Shown here: one piece after another, positions 7,780 through 17,641 of the stretch | Numbering within the stretch: position 1 is the stretch's first letter | How the letters are laid out: each line of letters opens with the position of its first letter | DNA from: Acidobacteriota bacterium | GTDB lineage: Bacteria; Actinomycetota; Acidimicrobiia; Acidimicrobiales; UBA8190 | Assembly: GCA_028872975.1 (NCBI GenBank) | Contig: JAGWNV010000001.1 | Coordinates: 1-45,013 of the forward strand | Direction of reading: 5' to 3' | DNA length: 45,013 nt | Notes under the pieces: generated by a model | Databases searched by the model: none | What the model was told of the DNA's origin: nothing | Seen by the model: the letters and a program-made list of their open reading frames with translations, nothing else | Made by a program: the position numbers and the translations under genes

Positions 7780-8856
7780 CTACACGTTGAACCTGATCTC
7801 GAGGACGTCCCCGTCGGCGACGTGGTAGTCCTTGCCCTCGAGCCGGATCCGGCCCCCCGACTTGGCCGCCGTCCACGAGCCGCACTCGAGCAGCTCGTCC
7901 CAGTGGATCACCTCGGCGCGGATGAACCCCCGCTGGAGGTCGGAGTGGATGACCCCGGCGCACTCCGGGGCGGTGGCCCCGGCCCGGAAGCTCCAGGCCC
8001 GCGACTCCTTGTCCCCTGTGGTGAAGAAGATCCGCCGTCCCAGAAGCTCGTAGGCGGCCGCCGCCACCCGGGGGAGGGCGCCGGCGCCGAGGCCGAGTCC
8101 CTCGAGCAGCTCCTCGCGCTCGCCGGGAGCGAGCCGGGCCGCCTCGGCCTCGAGCTGCACGCAGACGGCGAGGGTCTCCCCGTGGCCGGCCAGCTCGCCG
8201 GCCACCGGGGCCGCCACCTCCGGCGCCGCCTCGAGCTGGTCCTCGCCCACGTTGACCACGGCCAGCACCGGCTTGTCGGTGAGGAGGAACAGCCCCCGGC
8301 GCAGGGCCCGCTCCTCGGGGTCGAGCCCGGCCCGGTACAGCGGCACCCCCGACTCCAAGGCGGCCTGGGCCTTCTCCATGGCGGCCACCTCGGCGGCGAG
8401 GCTCTTGTCCGCCCTGGCCGCCTTCCGGCGCTTGTCGAGCTGGGACTCCACCGTGGCGAGGTCGGCCAGGACGAGCTCGAGCTCGAGGGTGGCCAGGGCG
8501 CCGGCGGGGTCGGCCTCGCCGGGGACCTCGGGGTCGCCGAAGGCGCGGAGCACGAGGCACAGGGCGTCGACCTCCCGGATGCCGGCGAGGAATCGGTTGC
8601 CGAGGCCCTCCCCCGCCGACGACCCGGCCACGAGCCCGGCGATGTCGACCACCTCCACGCCGGCCCGCACCACCTTCTTGCTGGCGCTCATCTCGGCCAG
8701 GGCGTCGAGGCGGCCGTCGGGGATGGGCGCCACCGCCACCGAGGACTCGGTAGTGGTGAAGGGATGGGCCGCCACCGGGGCGCTGCCACCGGTGAGGGCG
8801 TTGAACAGGGAGCTCTTGCCGGCGTTGGGCAGCCCCACGAGGCCCAGACGCTCCAT
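7780..8856 (-). CDS. ychF: Redox-regulated ribosome-binding ATPase YchF
   Basis: The internal start is MERLGLVGLPNAGKSSLFNALT (P-loop). The C-terminal TGS/YchF region includes FFTTGDKESRAWSFRAGATAPECAGVIHSDLQRGFIRAEV. Confidence 0.92.
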   Translation of the reverse strand: MERLGLVGLPNAGKSSLFNALTGGSAPVAAHPFTTTESSVAVAPIPDGRLDALAEMSASKKVVRAGVEVVDIAGLVAGSSAGEGLGNRFLAGIREVDALCLVLRAFGDPEVPGEADPAGALATLELELVLADLATVESQLDKRRKAARADKSLAAEVAAMEKAQAALESGVPLYRAGLDPEERALRRGLFLLTDKPVLAVVNVGEDQLEAAPEVAAPVAGELAGHGETLAVCVQLEAEAARLAPGEREELLEGLGLGAGALPRVAAAAYELLGRRIFFTTGDKESRAWSFRAGATAPECAGVIHSDLQRGFIRAEVIHWDELLECGSWTAAKSGGRIRLEGKDYHVADGDVLEIRFNV

Positions 8857-8929
8857 CCCACCGACGCTACTCGCCGGTCCCGGGGCGGCCGTCTCGGGGC
8901 CCCCGCCCGACCCGCTAGCGTCGTGGCCC

Positions 8930-9013
8930 ATGTCGAAGCGGACCGTGAAGCGCAAGAACCGCTCCAAGAAGAAGGCCAACCACGGGAAGCGGCCCAACGC
9001 CGGCCGCGGCTGA
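8930..9013 (+). CDS. 50S ribosomal protein bL37 (actinobacterial micro-protein)
   Basis: MSKRTVKRKNRSKKKANHGKRPNAGRG. The ANHGKRPN core matches mycobacterial bL37 as I remember it. It appears only as the tail of a shadow ORF in the track. Confidence 0.75.
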   Translation: MSKRTVKRKNRSKKKANHGKRPNAGRG

Positions 9014-9064
9014 TCCCCTCGTCGGGGGAGGGCCGCCGCCCGCCTGAGGGCGCGCCGGCCGGAG

Positions 9065-9925
9065 TCAGCCGGCGGCGGCGAGTCCCCGGCGCTCGAGGAT
9101 CGGCACCAGGACCGAGGGCAGGTCGGTGATGATCCCGTCGACCCCGAGGTCGACGAGGCGCGCCATGGCCTCGGGGTCGTTGACCGTCCAGACGTGGACG
9201 GCCACCCCGGCACCGTGGGCGGCCGCCACCACCTCGCCGTCGACGACCGCCACGCCCTGGTAGGCCTCGGGCACCTGGAGCGCCACGTGTCGGTGGGCGG
9301 GCGGCGCCTGACCCTGGCGGACGGCCCGGACGAAGCCGGCCGTGGCCAGGGTGCCGGCCGAGGTGGCGATCTCGGGGGCGAGGCGGGCGAAGGCCTCGGT
9401 GGCGGCGTCCAGGAACGAGGCGACGATGACCCGTTCGGTGTGCCCGTGGCGGCGCAGCTCGGCGGCGAGGAGGTCCTCGTAGGGCTCGACGGCGGGTGCG
9501 GTCTGCTTGATGTCGAGGTTCACCGCCACCTGCGGGTGGTCGTCGAGGACCTCGAGCACCTCGGCCAGGGTGGCCACGGCGAAGGCCCGGTCGGCGGGGC
9601 CCCGGCCCCGGTACGGGTAGGCACCCGGATCGAGCCCGGGGGTGACGTCGGCGCCGGGCGCGAACCAGAAGGCGTTGTCGAGCCGCCGCAGCTCCTCCAA
9701 GGTGAGCTCGTTGATCGACCCCGTCCCGTCGGTGGTCCGGTCGACGGTGGCGTCGTGGCAGACCACGAGCCGCCTGTCGGCGGTGGCGTGCACGTCGAGC
9801 TCGATGCCCGTCGCCCCCTTCTCGAGGGCCCGGCCGATGGCGAACAGGGTGGAGGAGGGGGCCTCCCAGGCCCCGCCCTGGTGGGCGTAGGCGACGACCC
9901 GGCGCCCCAGCCAGGGGTTCGTCAC
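9065..9925 (-). CDS. Glycerophosphodiester phosphodiesterase family protein
   Basis: VTNPWLGRRVVAYAHQGGAWEAPSSTLFAIGRALEKGATGIELDVHATADRRLVVCHDATVDRTTDGTG. The GTG start overlaps the upstream TGA (GTGA). Confidence 0.85.
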   Translation of the reverse strand: MTNPWLGRRVVAYAHQGGAWEAPSSTLFAIGRALEKGATGIELDVHATADRRLVVCHDATVDRTTDGTGSINELTLEELRRLDNAFWFAPGADVTPGLDPGAYPYRGRGPADRAFAVATLAEVLEVLDDHPQVAVNLDIKQTAPAVEPYEDLLAAELRRHGHTERVIVASFLDAATEAFARLAPEIATSAGTLATAGFVRAVRQGQAPPAHRHVALQVPEAYQGVAVVDGEVVAAAHGAGVAVHVWTVNDPEAMARLVDLGVDGIITDLPSVLVPILERRGLAAAG

Positions 9926-10983
9926 CGCAGGCCGGTCACCGCCAGGCCGGCCGCCCGGGCGAGGGCCCGGAGGTCGGCCTGGGGTCGGGCGCCGAGGTGG
10001 GAGATGACCTCCGCCGCGCACAGCCCGCCGAGCCGGGCGGCCCGCTCGGGACGCTCCCCGTGGGTGAGCCCGTAGAGGAACCCCGCCGCGTAGAGGTCCC
10101 CGGCCCCGGTGGTGTCGACGACGGCCTCCACCGCCTCGGCGGCCACTTCGGTCACCCCGTCGGGCGCCACTACCACCGACCCCGCCGCCCCCCGGGTCAC
10201 GGCGCACAGCAGTCCCGTCTCGGCGCAGGCTTCGACGGCGCCCCCGAGATCGGCGGCGCCGAAGAGCAGCCGGACCTCCTCCTCGTTGGCGAAGAGGACG
10301 TCGACCTCGCCGTGGAGCAGCGACAGGAACTCCCGCCGGTGCCGTTCGACGCAGAAGGGGTCCGACAGGCTGAGGGCCACGAGGGCCTCGTGTCCGTGGG
10401 CGATCTCGGTGGCCCGCCGGATGGCCGCCTTGGCCGGGCCGAGGTCCCACAGGTAGCCCTCGACGTAGACCACCTGCGCCCTGGCCAGGAGCGCCTCGTC
10501 GACGTCCCCGGGCCCCAGCGTGGAGGCGACCCCGAGATGGGTGGCCATGGTGCGCTCGCCGTCGGGCGTGACGAAGACGAGGCAACGGCCGGTGGCGGCG
10601 TCCTCCCCGCCCTGGGCGAGGGGCCGGGCCCGCGTGGCGAGGGTGACGCCGACGGCGGTGAGGTCGTGGACGAACACCTCGCCCAGCTCGTCGTCGGCGA
10701 CGGTCCCGATGAACCCGGCCGTGCCGCCGAGGGCCGTCACCCCGGCCACGGTGTTGGCCGCCGAGCCACCCGACACCTCGGTACCAGGGCCCATGGTGGC
10801 GTACAACGCCGCCGCCCGGTCCAGGTCGACCAGGGCCATCGTCCCCTTGGTGAGCCCGGCGCCGGCCACCGCCTCCTCCTCGGCGTGGGCGAGCACGTCG
10901 ACGAGCGCGGAGCCGAGGGCCACGACGTCGATCGGCTCCCCGGGGGCATCGGTCGCCGGCACGGGGCCCGACCCTAGTGGCAC
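9922..10983 (-). CDS. PfkB-family carbohydrate/adenosine kinase
   Basis: GSALVDVL near the N-terminus, GGSAANT, and the C-terminal DTTGAGDLYAAGFLYG motif. The start is uncertain: GTG at 10983 or 10962. The track start at 11031 would overlap pepN. Confidence 0.8.
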   Translation of the reverse strand: MPLGSGPVPATDAPGEPIDVVALGSALVDVLAHAEEEAVAGAGLTKGTMALVDLDRAAALYATMGPGTEVSGGSAANTVAGVTALGGTAGFIGTVADDELGEVFVHDLTAVGVTLATRARPLAQGGEDAATGRCLVFVTPDGERTMATHLGVASTLGPGDVDEALLARAQVVYVEGYLWDLGPAKAAIRRATEIAHGHEALVALSLSDPFCVERHRREFLSLLHGEVDVLFANEEEVRLLFGAADLGGAVEACAETGLLCAVTRGAAGSVVVAPDGVTEVAAEAVEAVVDTTGAGDLYAAGFLYGLTHGERPERAARLGGLCAAEVISHLGARPQADLRALARAAGLAVTGLR

Positions 10984-11009
10984 GGGCGACGAAGTAGCCT
11001 GCCCCCGGA

Positions 11010-13628
11010 ATGACGGCCGGCGAGCACGCAACAGACCCTTCGGCGCGCCACCGCCTCCCCTACGACGTGAGCCCCCGGCGCTACGAGCTGCGCCTGGCGC
11101 CCGACGTCGACGCCGGCACCTTCGACGGGGAGGTCCGCATCGAGGCCCACGCCGAGCGCCCGGTGCAGCGCATCGTCCTCCACGCCCTCGACCTCACCGT
11201 CACCGCCGCCCGGGTGGTGACGAGCGGGAGCGAGGCCCTCGACGCCGAGACCGCTCCCGATCCCGACCACGCCGATCGCGTCGTCCTCGAGCTCCCCCAA
11301 CCGGTGGAGGCAGGGGACCTCCGCATCGATATGTCGTTCCGGGGGTCGTTCTCCGAGCAGCTCTGCGGGCTCTACCGCTCGACCTGGGTGGACGACGCCG
11401 GCCGAAGCCGCGCCCTCGCCCTCACCCAGTTCGAGGCCACCGACGCCCGGCGCGCCTTCCCCTGCTTCGACGAGCCCGACCGCAAGGCGTCCTTCGCCGT
11501 CACCGTCGACGTCCCCGCCGGGATGGACGCCGTCTCCAACGGCCCCGAGGTGTCGCGCCAGGACCTGGGCGGGGGCCGGACGCGGGTGCGCTTCGCCGAG
11601 ACCATCCCCATGTCGACCTACCTCGTCGCCCTCGTGGTGGGCCCCATCGAGTGCAGCGACCCGGTGGACGTCGACGGCGTGCCGGTGCGGGTCGTCCACG
11701 TGCCGGGCCGGGCCGGCCTCACCTCCTTCGCCCTCGAGGTGGCCGCCCACGCCCTGCGGTACTACGCCGAGTGGTTCGGCCTCCCCTACCCGGGCGAGAA
11801 GCTCGACCTCGTGGCCGTGCCCGACTTCGCCTTCGGGGCCATGGAGAACCTCGGGTGCGTGGTCTTCCGGGAGACGACCCTCCTCGTCGACCCCGGCCGC
11901 TCCTCCCGGCTCGAGCTCGAGCGGGTGGCCGACGTCGTCTCCCACGAGATCGCCCACATGTGGTTCGGGGACCTCGTCACCATGAAGTGGTGGAACGGCA
12001 TCTGGCTCAACGAGGCCTTCGCCACCTTGATGGAGCTCTTCGGCGTGGACCACTTCCGCGCCGACTGGGAGCGCTGGGTGAGCTTCGGCTCCGAGCGCGA
12101 CGCGGCCATGGCCACCGACGCCCTGCACACCACCCGCCCCGTCGAATACCCGGTGGGGCCGCCCGAAGAGGCCCAGGGCATGTTCGACGTCCTCACCTAC
12201 CAGAAGGGCGGCGGCGTCCTGCGCATGCTCGAGCGCTACCTGGGCGAGGACCGGTTCCGGGCCGGCATCCGCCGCTACCTCGCCGACCACCGGCTGTCGA
12301 ACACCGACACCGCCGACCTGTGGGACGCCATCGAGGCGGCGACCGGGGAGCCGGTGCGCCGGATCATGGACAGCTGGATCCTCCACGGCGGCTTCCCCCT
12401 CGTCTCGGTGTCACGGCGCGACGACGAGCTCACATTGCACCAGGAGCCGTTCTCCTACGCGACGGCCCGCGGGGAGAGCGCCATCGGGCACCGCTGGTCG
12501 GTGCCGATCCTCCTCCGCAGCCTCGACGGCGCCGGGACCACGGCCTCGAGGGTCCTCCTCGAGGAGGATGCCGTCACCGTGCCCGCCCCCGGTCCCGGCG
12601 CGGCGGTGGTGAACGCCGGGGGCTCGGGCTTCTACCGGGTCCGCTACGACGACGACTCCCGCCGGCGGCTCCTCGGAGCCCTCGACCAGCTCGACACCCT
12701 CGAGCGCTACAACCTCGTCTCCGACACCTGGGCCGCGGTGGTGGCGGGCCGGGTGGGCCTCGACGGGTTCCTCGAGGTGGCCGAGGCGCTGCGCGGCGAG
12801 GACCAGCCCGAGCTGTGGCGCCCCGTCACCGGCGCCCTCGGCTTCTTCGACCACGTCGCTGGCGACGGGGACCGCCCGGTGGTGGCCGGCTACGCCCGGG
12901 CCCTCCTCGCCGACACCGTCGAGGCCCTGGGCTGGGACCGCCGCTCCGGGGACCCCGAGCGGATCGCCACCCTGCGCGCCGACCTGTTGCGGGCCCTGGG
13001 CACCGTGGGCGCCGACCCCGAGGTCCGCCGGACGGCCATGGCCCGGCACGCCGCCTTCCTGGCCGGCGACGACACCGCCCTCGACCCCGACCTCGCCCCC
13101 GCCGTGGCCGCCGTGGTGGCCAGGGCCGGCGGCCCCGCCGAGTTCGACGCCTTCCTGGCCCGCCACCGCAAGCCGGCCACGCCCCAGGAGGGCGTCCGCT
13201 ACCTCATGGCCCTGGCCGGCTTCGAGGACCCCGCCCTCGGCGAGCGCGCCTACGCCGTCGCCACCACCGAGGCCCGCACCCAGGACGGCCCCTTCCTCCT
13301 CCAACTGCTCCTCTCCAGCCGGGCCCACGGCCCCGCCACCTGGACCCGGCTGGCGGCCGACTGGGAGTCGCTCGTGGGCCGGTTCCCGCCCAACGTCTTC
13401 ACCCGCATGCTCGAGGGCGTGAAGCTGCTCTGCAGGGATCCCGGCCTCGTCGACGAGGTCGGCCGGTTCGTCGCCGCCCATCCCCTCCCCACCGGCCAGC
13501 GCACCGTGGAGCAGTCCCTCGAGCGCCAGCGGGTGAACCTCGCCCTCGCCGGCAGGCTGGACGGTGCCCTCGTCCCCGCCCTCTCGGCCGGTGCCGACCG
13601 CCTGGCCCCGGGCGCCGGCAGCGCCTGA
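11010..13628 (+). CDS. pepN: Aminopeptidase N (M1 family)
   Basis: GAMENLG exopeptidase motif and HEIAHMWFGDLVTMKWWNGIWLNEAFA (HEXXH-18-E). Confidence 0.93.
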   Translation: MTAGEHATDPSARHRLPYDVSPRRYELRLAPDVDAGTFDGEVRIEAHAERPVQRIVLHALDLTVTAARVVTSGSEALDAETAPDPDHADRVVLELPQPVEAGDLRIDMSFRGSFSEQLCGLYRSTWVDDAGRSRALALTQFEATDARRAFPCFDEPDRKASFAVTVDVPAGMDAVSNGPEVSRQDLGGGRTRVRFAETIPMSTYLVALVVGPIECSDPVDVDGVPVRVVHVPGRAGLTSFALEVAAHALRYYAEWFGLPYPGEKLDLVAVPDFAFGAMENLGCVVFRETTLLVDPGRSSRLELERVADVVSHEIAHMWFGDLVTMKWWNGIWLNEAFATLMELFGVDHFRADWERWVSFGSERDAAMATDALHTTRPVEYPVGPPEEAQGMFDVLTYQKGGGVLRMLERYLGEDRFRAGIRRYLADHRLSNTDTADLWDAIEAATGEPVRRIMDSWILHGGFPLVSVSRRDDELTLHQEPFSYATARGESAIGHRWSVPILLRSLDGAGTTASRVLLEEDAVTVPAPGPGAAVVNAGGSGFYRVRYDDDSRRRLLGALDQLDTLERYNLVSDTWAAVVAGRVGLDGFLEVAEALRGEDQPELWRPVTGALGFFDHVAGDGDRPVVAGYARALLADTVEALGWDRRSGDPERIATLRADLLRALGTVGADPEVRRTAMARHAAFLAGDDTALDPDLAPAVAAVVARAGGPAEFDAFLARHRKPATPQEGVRYLMALAGFEDPALGERAYAVATTEARTQDGPFLLQLLLSSRAHGPATWTRLAADWESLVGRFPPNVFTRMLEGVKLLCRDPGLVDEVGRFVAAHPLPTGQRTVEQSLERQRVNLALAGRLDGALVPALSAGADRLAPGAGSA

Positions 13629-13653
13629 CCGGCGTCGGCCCGACGACCACCCG

Positions 13654-14313
13654 ATGACCGCTGGCCGGCGCCAGGAGCTCTTCGCCCAGGCGCGCGCCAC
13701 CAAGGGCTTCATGCCCGACGACGAGGGGGCCGCCCTCTTCGAGGCGGCGGCCCGCGCCGGGCGGAGCGCCCCGGGGGCGGTCCTCGTCGAGATCGGCGCC
13801 TGGTGCGGCAAGTCCACGATCTACCTGGGAGCCGCCGCCCTCGAGACCGGCGCCGTGCTCTTCAGCGTCGACCACCATCACGGTTCGGAGGAGAACCAGG
13901 CCGGCTGGGACCACCACGACCACGAGGTGGTCGACCCCCGAAGCGGCCGCATCGACACCCTCCCCTTCTGGCGCCGGGCCGTGGACGGCGCCGGCCTCGG
14001 CCACTGCGTGGTCGGGATGGTGGGCGACTCGTCCACCATCGCCTCCCGGTGGTGCACGCCGCTGCAGTTCTGCTTCGTCGACGGCGGCCACGGCGCCGAG
14101 CCGGCCTGGGCCGACTATCGGGGATGGGCGCCCAAGGTGGCCGAGGGGGGGTGGCTCGCCATCCACGACGTCTTCCCCGACCCCGCCGACGGCGGCCGCC
14201 CGCCCTACGAGATCTTCTGCGCCGCCCTCGACAGCGGGGAGTTCGCCGAGGACGGCGGCTGGGGGTCCCTCCGGGTGCTCAGGAGGGTGGCGCCGCCCGC
14301 CGGGGCTCGGTGA
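13654..14313 (+). CDS. Class I SAM-dependent methyltransferase (Methyltransf_24 / O-MT-like)
   Basis: Internal ATG giving MTAGRRQELFAQARATKGFMPDDEGAALFE...LVEIGAWCGKSTIYLG...FCFVDGGHG...WLAIHDV. Confidence 0.75.
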   Translation: MTAGRRQELFAQARATKGFMPDDEGAALFEAAARAGRSAPGAVLVEIGAWCGKSTIYLGAAALETGAVLFSVDHHHGSEENQAGWDHHDHEVVDPRSGRIDTLPFWRRAVDGAGLGHCVVGMVGDSSTIASRWCTPLQFCFVDGGHGAEPAWADYRGWAPKVAEGGWLAIHDVFPDPADGGRPPYEIFCAALDSGEFAEDGGWGSLRVLRRVAPPAGAR

Positions 14314-15430
14314 GGTCGAGCTCGGCCGGGAGCAGCTCCCCGCGGAACAGCCCCGCCGCCGGTGTGGCGTCGGACAGGGCGTCGGCGGCGAGGACGATGG
14401 CCGCCGCCGTGTAGGTGGTCCGCTCGCCGTGCGGGAAGGTCGTCTCCTCCGGGTAGACGAGCCCGGTCAGGTACGACCCGTCCTCGCACCGGTGGGCCTG
14501 CGCCCACGACAGCAGGTCCCGGGCCCGGGCCCGGCGCCCCAGGGAGTCGAGGGCGAGGGCGCACTCGGCCGTCTCGGCGGCGGTCACCCAGGGGCCAGTG
14601 GAGACGCAGCGGACGCCGAGGCCTTCCATCACGAAGGTGTCCCACCAGCTGTCGATCCGGTCGTGGGCCGCCCTGTCGCGCAGCGCCCCGCTCAGCACCG
14701 GGTAGTACCAGTCCATGGCGAACTCGGCCTTGGGCTCGAAGACATGGGGGGTGTGGGCCACGGCGTGCTCTAGGCGGCCGGCGGCGAGCTCCCACTCGGG
14801 TCGCTCGTCGCCCAGCGTCTCGGCGCAGGCCACGGCGCACCGGATGGCGTGGTAGATCGAGCACGACCCGGTGAGCAGCGGATAGCGCCCTGCCCTGCCG
14901 TCGGGGTCGACCGACCAGAGGATGGCGCCGTCGCTCTGCTGCCAGCGCAGCACGAAGGCGACGGCCCGCTCCACGGTGGGCCAGATCTCCTCGAGGGCGT
15001 CGAGGTCGCCGGTGATCCGGTAGTGGTGCCAGGCGCCGGTGGCGACGTAGGCGCACACGTTGGTGTCGAGCCGGGGGTCCTTCACGCCCGAGCCGGGCAG
15101 GTAGTAGTTGAACCACGACCCGTCGCCGAGCTGGGTCTCGGCCAGCCACCGGTAGGCCCGCCGGGACTCCTCGTAGAGGCCTCCCACGGTGAGGGCCATG
15201 GCCGACTCGACGTGGTTCCAGGGGTCGCAGTGGCCGCCCTCGAACCACGGGATCATGCCGTCGGGCCGCTGCACCGCCGCGATCGACCGGGCCGTGGACA
15301 GCACCTCGCCGGCGTCGATCACCCCGGGCACGTCGGGCAGGGGCACCTCGCCGCCCCGGGCGGCCGGGACGGTGACGGGCCGGGCCCCTCCGGGCGCCGA
15401 CGCGGTGAGGGCCTCGTCGACGGGCTTCAC
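14279..15430 (-). CDS. Prenyltransferase / squalene-oxidase-repeat-like (alpha/alpha toroid) protein
   Basis: VKPVDEALT...AVQRPDGMIPWFEGGHCDPWNHVESAMAL...LGDGSWFNYY...WQQSDGAILWS...HRCEDGSYLTG. The GTG start overlaps the upstream TGA (GTGA). Its 3' end overlaps the convergent methyltransferase by 35 nt. Confidence 0.7.
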   Translation of the reverse strand: MKPVDEALTASAPGGARPVTVPAARGGEVPLPDVPGVIDAGEVLSTARSIAAVQRPDGMIPWFEGGHCDPWNHVESAMALTVGGLYEESRRAYRWLAETQLGDGSWFNYYLPGSGVKDPRLDTNVCAYVATGAWHHYRITGDLDALEEIWPTVERAVAFVLRWQQSDGAILWSVDPDGRAGRYPLLTGSCSIYHAIRCAVACAETLGDERPEWELAAGRLEHAVAHTPHVFEPKAEFAMDWYYPVLSGALRDRAAHDRIDSWWDTFVMEGLGVRCVSTGPWVTAAETAECALALDSLGRRARARDLLSWAQAHRCEDGSYLTGLVYPEETTFPHGERTTYTAAAIVLAADALSDATPAAGLFRGELLPAELDLTEPRRAAPPS

Positions 15431-16140
15431 GCCGGGCGCTCCAGGTAGACGACGAGGCTCTTGCCGAGCAGGGGGTTGAGGAGCCGCTCGGTCACCCGGG
15501 TGAGCCGGGGTGCCTTCACGATGTCCCAGACGAGCACCCGGTGGTAGGCCCGCACGAGCACGTGGTCCGACCGCCGGGGGCCCACCCAGCACCGCAGCCA
15601 CCAGTAGGGCGAGTGCAGGGCGTGGGCGTGGTGGCTGCCCACAGGACGCAGCCCCACCCGCCGGAGGCGGCCCAGGAGGGCCGAGCGGCGGTAGATCCGC
15701 ACGTGGCCGCCGGGCACGTCGTGGTACTCGCGAGACAGCGCCCAGTTGACGGCCTCGGGGCCGGCCCGGGGCACCGTCACCGCCATGGTGCCGCCCGGCC
15801 GCAACACCCTGGCCAGCTCGGCCATGGCGGCGGCGTCGTCGGGGATGTGCTCGAGGACCTCGGCGGCGATCACCCGGTCGAAGGCGCCGTCGGGGAACGG
15901 GAGCCGCAGGGCGTCGCCCTGGACGGCACCGGCGCCCTCGGGGGCGGGGAGCTCGCCGGCGTCCACCATGGCCCCGATGGTGTCGCGCACCTGGGCGACC
16001 TCCTCGGCGCCGGCGTCGAGGGCCACCACCCGGGCCCCGAGCCTGGCCGCCTGGAAGGCGTGGCGGCCGGCCCCGCAGCCGAGGTCGAGGAGCCGCTCGC
16101 CGCTCGAGACGCCGAGCCGGTGGTAGTCGACGGTCAGCAC
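15427..16140 (-). CDS. Class I SAM-dependent methyltransferase (Methyltransf_11; Rv0224c-like by memory)
   Basis: Only the last 237 aa of ORF 15427..18114 are used: VLTVDYHRLGVSSGERLLDLGCGAGRHAF...VIAAEVLEHIPDD...LRPGGTMAVTVP...HAHALHSPYWWLRC. Confidence 0.85.
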   Translation of the reverse strand: MLTVDYHRLGVSSGERLLDLGCGAGRHAFQAARLGARVVALDAGAEEVAQVRDTIGAMVDAGELPAPEGAGAVQGDALRLPFPDGAFDRVIAAEVLEHIPDDAAAMAELARVLRPGGTMAVTVPRAGPEAVNWALSREYHDVPGGHVRIYRRSALLGRLRRVGLRPVGSHHAHALHSPYWWLRCWVGPRRSDHVLVRAYHRVLVWDIVKAPRLTRVTERLLNPLLGKSLVVYLERPA

Positions 16141-17543
16141 GCCGGCCGGTGCTCCTCGAGCAGGGCCCGGTACTGCGCGGCGGTCCCCTCGGCGGTGGCC
16201 CCCCACGTGTAGCGCCCGAGCACCCGCTCCCGCCCGCCCCGGCCGAGGCGCTCGGCCAGCGCCGGGTCGTCGAGCACGCGGCGGATCCCCGCCGCCAGGG
16301 CCTCGGGATCGTCGGGGGCCACGAGCAGGCCGGTCTCGCCGTCGGTGCCCACCACCTCGGGGAGGGCCCCGCCCGTGGTGGCCACGAGGGGCACCCCGCA
16401 GGCCATGGCCTCGATGGCCGGGAGCGAGAACCCCTCGTAGAGCGACGGCACCACCGCCACCTCGGCGCTGGCGTAGAGCTCGGCGAGCTCGTCGTCGGTG
16501 ATGCCCGACACGCACCGGACCGCCGGCCCCAGGCCGAGCCGCTCGATGGTCCGGGCCACCCGCCCCCCCTCGGTGGGCCGGCCCACCACGACGAGCTCGA
16601 GGTGGCGCTCGGTGCGGAGCTTGGCCACGGCCTCGAGCAGGGGCACGAGCCCCTTCATGGGGACGTCGCTCGAGGAGGTGACCATCACCCTGCCGGCGTG
16701 GCGGACCACGTCGGGCCGGGGCCGGAACACGGTGTGGTCCACCCCGACGGGCACCACCGTCATCCGGTGGAAGGGGACCCCCATCTGGGCGGCGATGTCG
16801 GCCTTCGACGACTCCGACACCGTGACGACCCTGGGCAGCTGCCGGGCCACGCGCTTTTGCATGTGGAGGAACCCGAACCAGCGCCTCTGGGTCCACCGGC
16901 GGTAGGCGTTCTCGGCCTTGGCCAGGGCGAGCTCCCGGTCGACGGTGATGGGGTGGTGCAAGGTGGTGAGCAGCGGCCAGCCGTCCTCGAGCATCCCGAG
17001 CAGCCCCGAACCGAGGCACTGGTTGTCGTGGACCACGTCGAACTCCCCCCGCCTGGCGGCGAGCAGCTGCCTGGCCCGCAGGGAGAAGGTCCGGGGCTCG
17101 GGGAACCCGGCCGTGCACATCACGGCGAACTCGAGGAGGTCGTGGCGGGAGCGGAACTCCCGGGGGTGGGGGACCCGGAAGGGGTCGGGGTCCCGGTACA
17201 GGTCGAGGCCGGGCACGGGGGTGAAGCCGACGCCGGCCTCGAGGTCGAGATGCGGCCAGGGCTGGCCGGAGAAGACCTCGACGCTGTGGCCGAGGGCGAC
17301 GAGCTCCCGGGTGAGGTGCCGGGTGTAGACGCCCTGGCCCCCACAGCGGGGATTGCCCCGGTAGACGAGGTAGGCGATCCGCAGCCCGCCCGGGCCGGGC
17401 GGTGCGGCGGGCACGGCCGGGGGCACCTCGATGCGGGTGCTGCGCTCCCAGGAGCCACGGATCTCGCCCACCCGGCGGCGCAGGTAGCCGGCCGCGGCGC
17501 CACCTGCGTCCCGCCCCAGCGCCAGCCCCCGCCCCACAGCCAT
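16134..17543 (-). CDS. Glycosyltransferase family 4
   Basis: GGQGVYTRHLTRELVALGHSVEVF near the N-terminus and the EGFSLPAIEAMACGVPLVATTGGALPEVV (E-x7-E) motif. The start may be downstream of 17543. Confidence 0.85.
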   Translation of the reverse strand: MAVGRGLALGRDAGGAAAGYLRRRVGEIRGSWERSTRIEVPPAVPAAPPGPGGLRIAYLVYRGNPRCGGQGVYTRHLTRELVALGHSVEVFSGQPWPHLDLEAGVGFTPVPGLDLYRDPDPFRVPHPREFRSRHDLLEFAVMCTAGFPEPRTFSLRARQLLAARRGEFDVVHDNQCLGSGLLGMLEDGWPLLTTLHHPITVDRELALAKAENAYRRWTQRRWFGFLHMQKRVARQLPRVVTVSESSKADIAAQMGVPFHRMTVVPVGVDHTVFRPRPDVVRHAGRVMVTSSSDVPMKGLVPLLEAVAKLRTERHLELVVVGRPTEGGRVARTIERLGLGPAVRCVSGITDDELAELYASAEVAVVPSLYEGFSLPAIEAMACGVPLVATTGGALPEVVGTDGETGLLVAPDDPEALAAGIRRVLDDPALAERLGRGGRERVLGRYTWGATAEGTAAQYRALLEEHRPAC

Positions 17544-17641
17544 GGCCGGTCAGCCTCCCCCTGATGGTCCCCGAGGCGCAAACGACTGGGGGTAGCGTGT
17601 CCGACGCGGCACCCCGTCCGCTCCCCCGGAGCCGGTCACGC

